The position numbers and the translations under genes were made by a program. This document shows positions 61,338 through 64,000 of a stretch of DNA of 64,000 bases, piece by piece (positions within the stretch are counted from its first letter, which is position 1; each line of letters opens with the position of its first letter). The notes below the pieces were generated by a model. That model worked only from the letters and a program-made list of their open reading frames with translations, did not search any database and was not told the DNA's origin. Source of the stretch: Narcine bancroftii (lineage: Eukaryota); contig NC_091473.1 of NCBI RefSeq assembly GCF_036971445.1, positions 205,530,001 to 205,594,000 on the forward strand. Reading direction: 5' to 3'.

Positions 61338-63289
61338 CTCCTTTGTAGTTACAGCGAGCTTTAACCAGATGGCGGTCTTACTTCCGTTAACAAAGCAGAT
61401 GTGAATGCTGATACATATGATCCCGTAGCACAAACAAAAGCGAAATAAGCCCCTGACACAATTTAAAGGGTCAGGTATCTTCTGCGGAGGTGCATGTTTT
61501 ATCGTTTTGGGCCAAGAACCGGCATAATCTCTCAGAATATAGAGGGGAGAGTTTCCATGTAAAGAGGAGAAAGAATGGCGTGGGACAAGGTATTGTATGT
61601 TCTTGGATCTATCAGGTGAGAGTTATATGCGGATAGCACTTCTCTTCGAATGTGTTCCACACCTTTTTTCATCACCGATGTGCACAATGTATCTGAGTAC
61701 TCCATAGCATCGACTGACACTTCCTCAGTAACTACACCCACCTCCAATCAAGTGAAATTTTATGCGGTTGCCAGTCAGTTCATTTCTTTTGAATATCCAT
61801 TGAGCTGAATATTGCCACAAGTGCATTACCTGTGCGATCCAGTCGAATTATGTGGATAATTATTGAGGTCGGACATTGATTCCACTAACCCAGTCTAAAT
61901 GCGTCCTATATTTGTTAAGATATCGCTTTGAAATCGTGTTGCCAGGAATTGTGAAGAAATCTAAAATCACAGAAATACTTCCTCGTTTTTGAATCAGGAA
62001 GCAGTTGTGTTCTCTGCTGCTTGCCGATGGCAGGGGGAAGCGTGTGGCTTTACAAGTTTGGTCACTGTACAACTTTGAGGATCATAGCATGGATCAACTC
62101 TTTGTGTGAGAACTTCGAAAAAAATAACTCTTATCATTACCTTAACAATAGGCCTGAAACGTTGTTTTTTTTCCGGCATCGTGGGAAGGTAAGGGCATGA
62201 GGTTCGTTCGAGAAATAGTGGGATATTGAGAAAAACAATAATGCATCAAGAAACATAGAGAGTGAGAGATTGCGAGGGAATTATAGAGGCATGGATACAG
62301 ATGGACAGACAGAGATGGACAAACAGTCAACGCACATAAAGAAAAACTGTTATAGATTCGTGGAGCGTGTAAACAGTCCATATCTCCCACCTTGACCATG
62401 CCGATCAAACTGCTCCACCCACACAAGTCTCACGTTGCAATCGTATTTATCTCAATCACCTCATTCTGTATATACAACAGCTCCACACTTTCGTCCACCT
62501 TAATAACCTGTTAAATATAATTTCACACACCTTAAGCCCATGGTTATAGATTCCCCTACTCTAAGCAAAAGAAAGAGTTCACCCGATAAATCTCTCTGCT
62601 GATTATATGTACACTACGAGATACCATAACTGTTGCACGGTCCAATGAATGGTCATAGCCTTCTCAAAATTGCCATCCAGCTCAGGTTTCCGAACTGTAG
62701 CAACATCGGATGAATATTCTCTTCAACCTTTCCAGTTTCACAACTTCGTTTCTATTGCACGGTTATCATGTTAGAACAACAATAATCCAAAGGGGGCCAC
62801 ATCAACGGCTCAATCAACAGAAACATTACTTATAAACCTTGTACACCACACTTTGAGTGATGCTAGTCAATCTGAGTTGAATCCTCTGACGATCATATCT
62901 ACCGGTTTAGAGATATCAGTACCCGAATATTTCTGTTCTTCAATGATTTTCAGATTCATTCCATTCACTCCGTGGGTCATGACCACATAAGGACTCCAAA
63001 TGCAGCACCTTACATTTCTGAATTAAATTACAACAGCCATTCAACTGCCTAACGGTTCTAGATTCTGCTGACATCGTTGGAAAATGTCTTCACAAACTAA
63101 AATACCAGACACTTCTGTGTCATTGGGAAATTTGAAAATCCTGCCAACTACATTTTTATTCAAAATGTATGAATTACGTCACTTGTGAGAGATCAGCCTA
63201 TCACATGCTGGAGGAACACCAGATAGAAATACAAAATTGCCTCATTTATGAATTACCCCAGACATTAATCTCACGAGGGTTATAAGTAA

Positions 63290-64000
63290 TAAGAGAATTC
63301 CGTCTAACTGCATTAATAGTCCTCGATATCGGTTCTTTCTTTAATTGCCACCTTGAGCTTTCTCTTCCCATTCGTAATACAGTTGTTTAGTCCTATTAAT
63401 CACATAAAAATTGATAAGATTGCAAAGTATTATATTTCAGTTTCAACCTAGATAATTCTATTTTCTGATCTTCTGTAGCATCTTTCTGAAATTCCTTTTC
63501 TAACTCATCGATCTGTTTCTATTATCCAAAACTCTGATTTCATCGATTATTTTTTATTTTAGTATAACTAATTATTTGTCCTCTCAAATAGGCTTTCATA
63601 GCATCCCATAATACAAACTTACTTTGAACAGAATTAGAATTTTCTTTTAAAAAATGTAATTTGTTTTTTTTAAAAAAACAATAACTTCCATATTTTTAAA
63701 CAACATTGTATTAAATCTCCAACGATAAGCTATTAGAATTTTCTCAGAAGTTTCATCCGTAAAATATGATCTGAAATCACCCTACTTTTATATTCTGCTT
63801 GTTGTATTTTCCCTTGCAAATGTGCCGATACTAAAAAGAATTTAATTCTTGTAATGATTCATGTCTAGATGTATAAAAGGAAAAATCTTTCTCTGTCTGA
63901 TTAAGACCTCTCCAAATATATACTAAATTATGGTCCTTCATCAACTCTTGGACTTGAATTGGCATCTTGGATTTTTTAACTCTCTTCGGAGATTTATCTA
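63290..64000 (-). mobile_element. Probable decayed L1-clade fragment
   Basis: Abrupt end of cassette homology; strongly T-rich + strand typical of an antisense L1; motifs are weak. Confidence 0.45.

Overview
Vertebrate genomic DNA, most likely from a cartilaginous fish (inferred from the shark/ray-type CR1 3' tails and the V-domain motifs). The window lies in the V-segment array of an antigen-receptor locus; FR motifs, split leaders and 3' 23-bp-spacer RSSs point to T-cell receptor alpha/delta. I count about 18 V segments or remnants, all on the + strand, plus one leader whose V exon is not assembled (gap follows). Only two look coding-intact with leader, spliceable intron, V exon and RSS: 3895-4668 and 56557-57431. 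The rest are pseudogenes from repeated cassette duplications, broken by stops, deletions and transposons (L1, CR1, Rex1/Babar, Gypsy, hAT MITEs). I found no D, J or C segments. Subfamily labels A-H are my own. The most unusual signal is an identical 15-nt deletion, ending flush at the RSS heptamer, in two neighbouring V genes of different subfamilies; it may be a germline RAG open-and-shut scar. Also notable: a subfamily-wide extra cysteine, a twin-primed L1 nested in a Gypsy element that sits inside a V exon, and a hAT MITE present as both monomer and inverted dimer. I see no clear evidence of a wholly new biological system. There are three N gaps. All alignments were done by eye.
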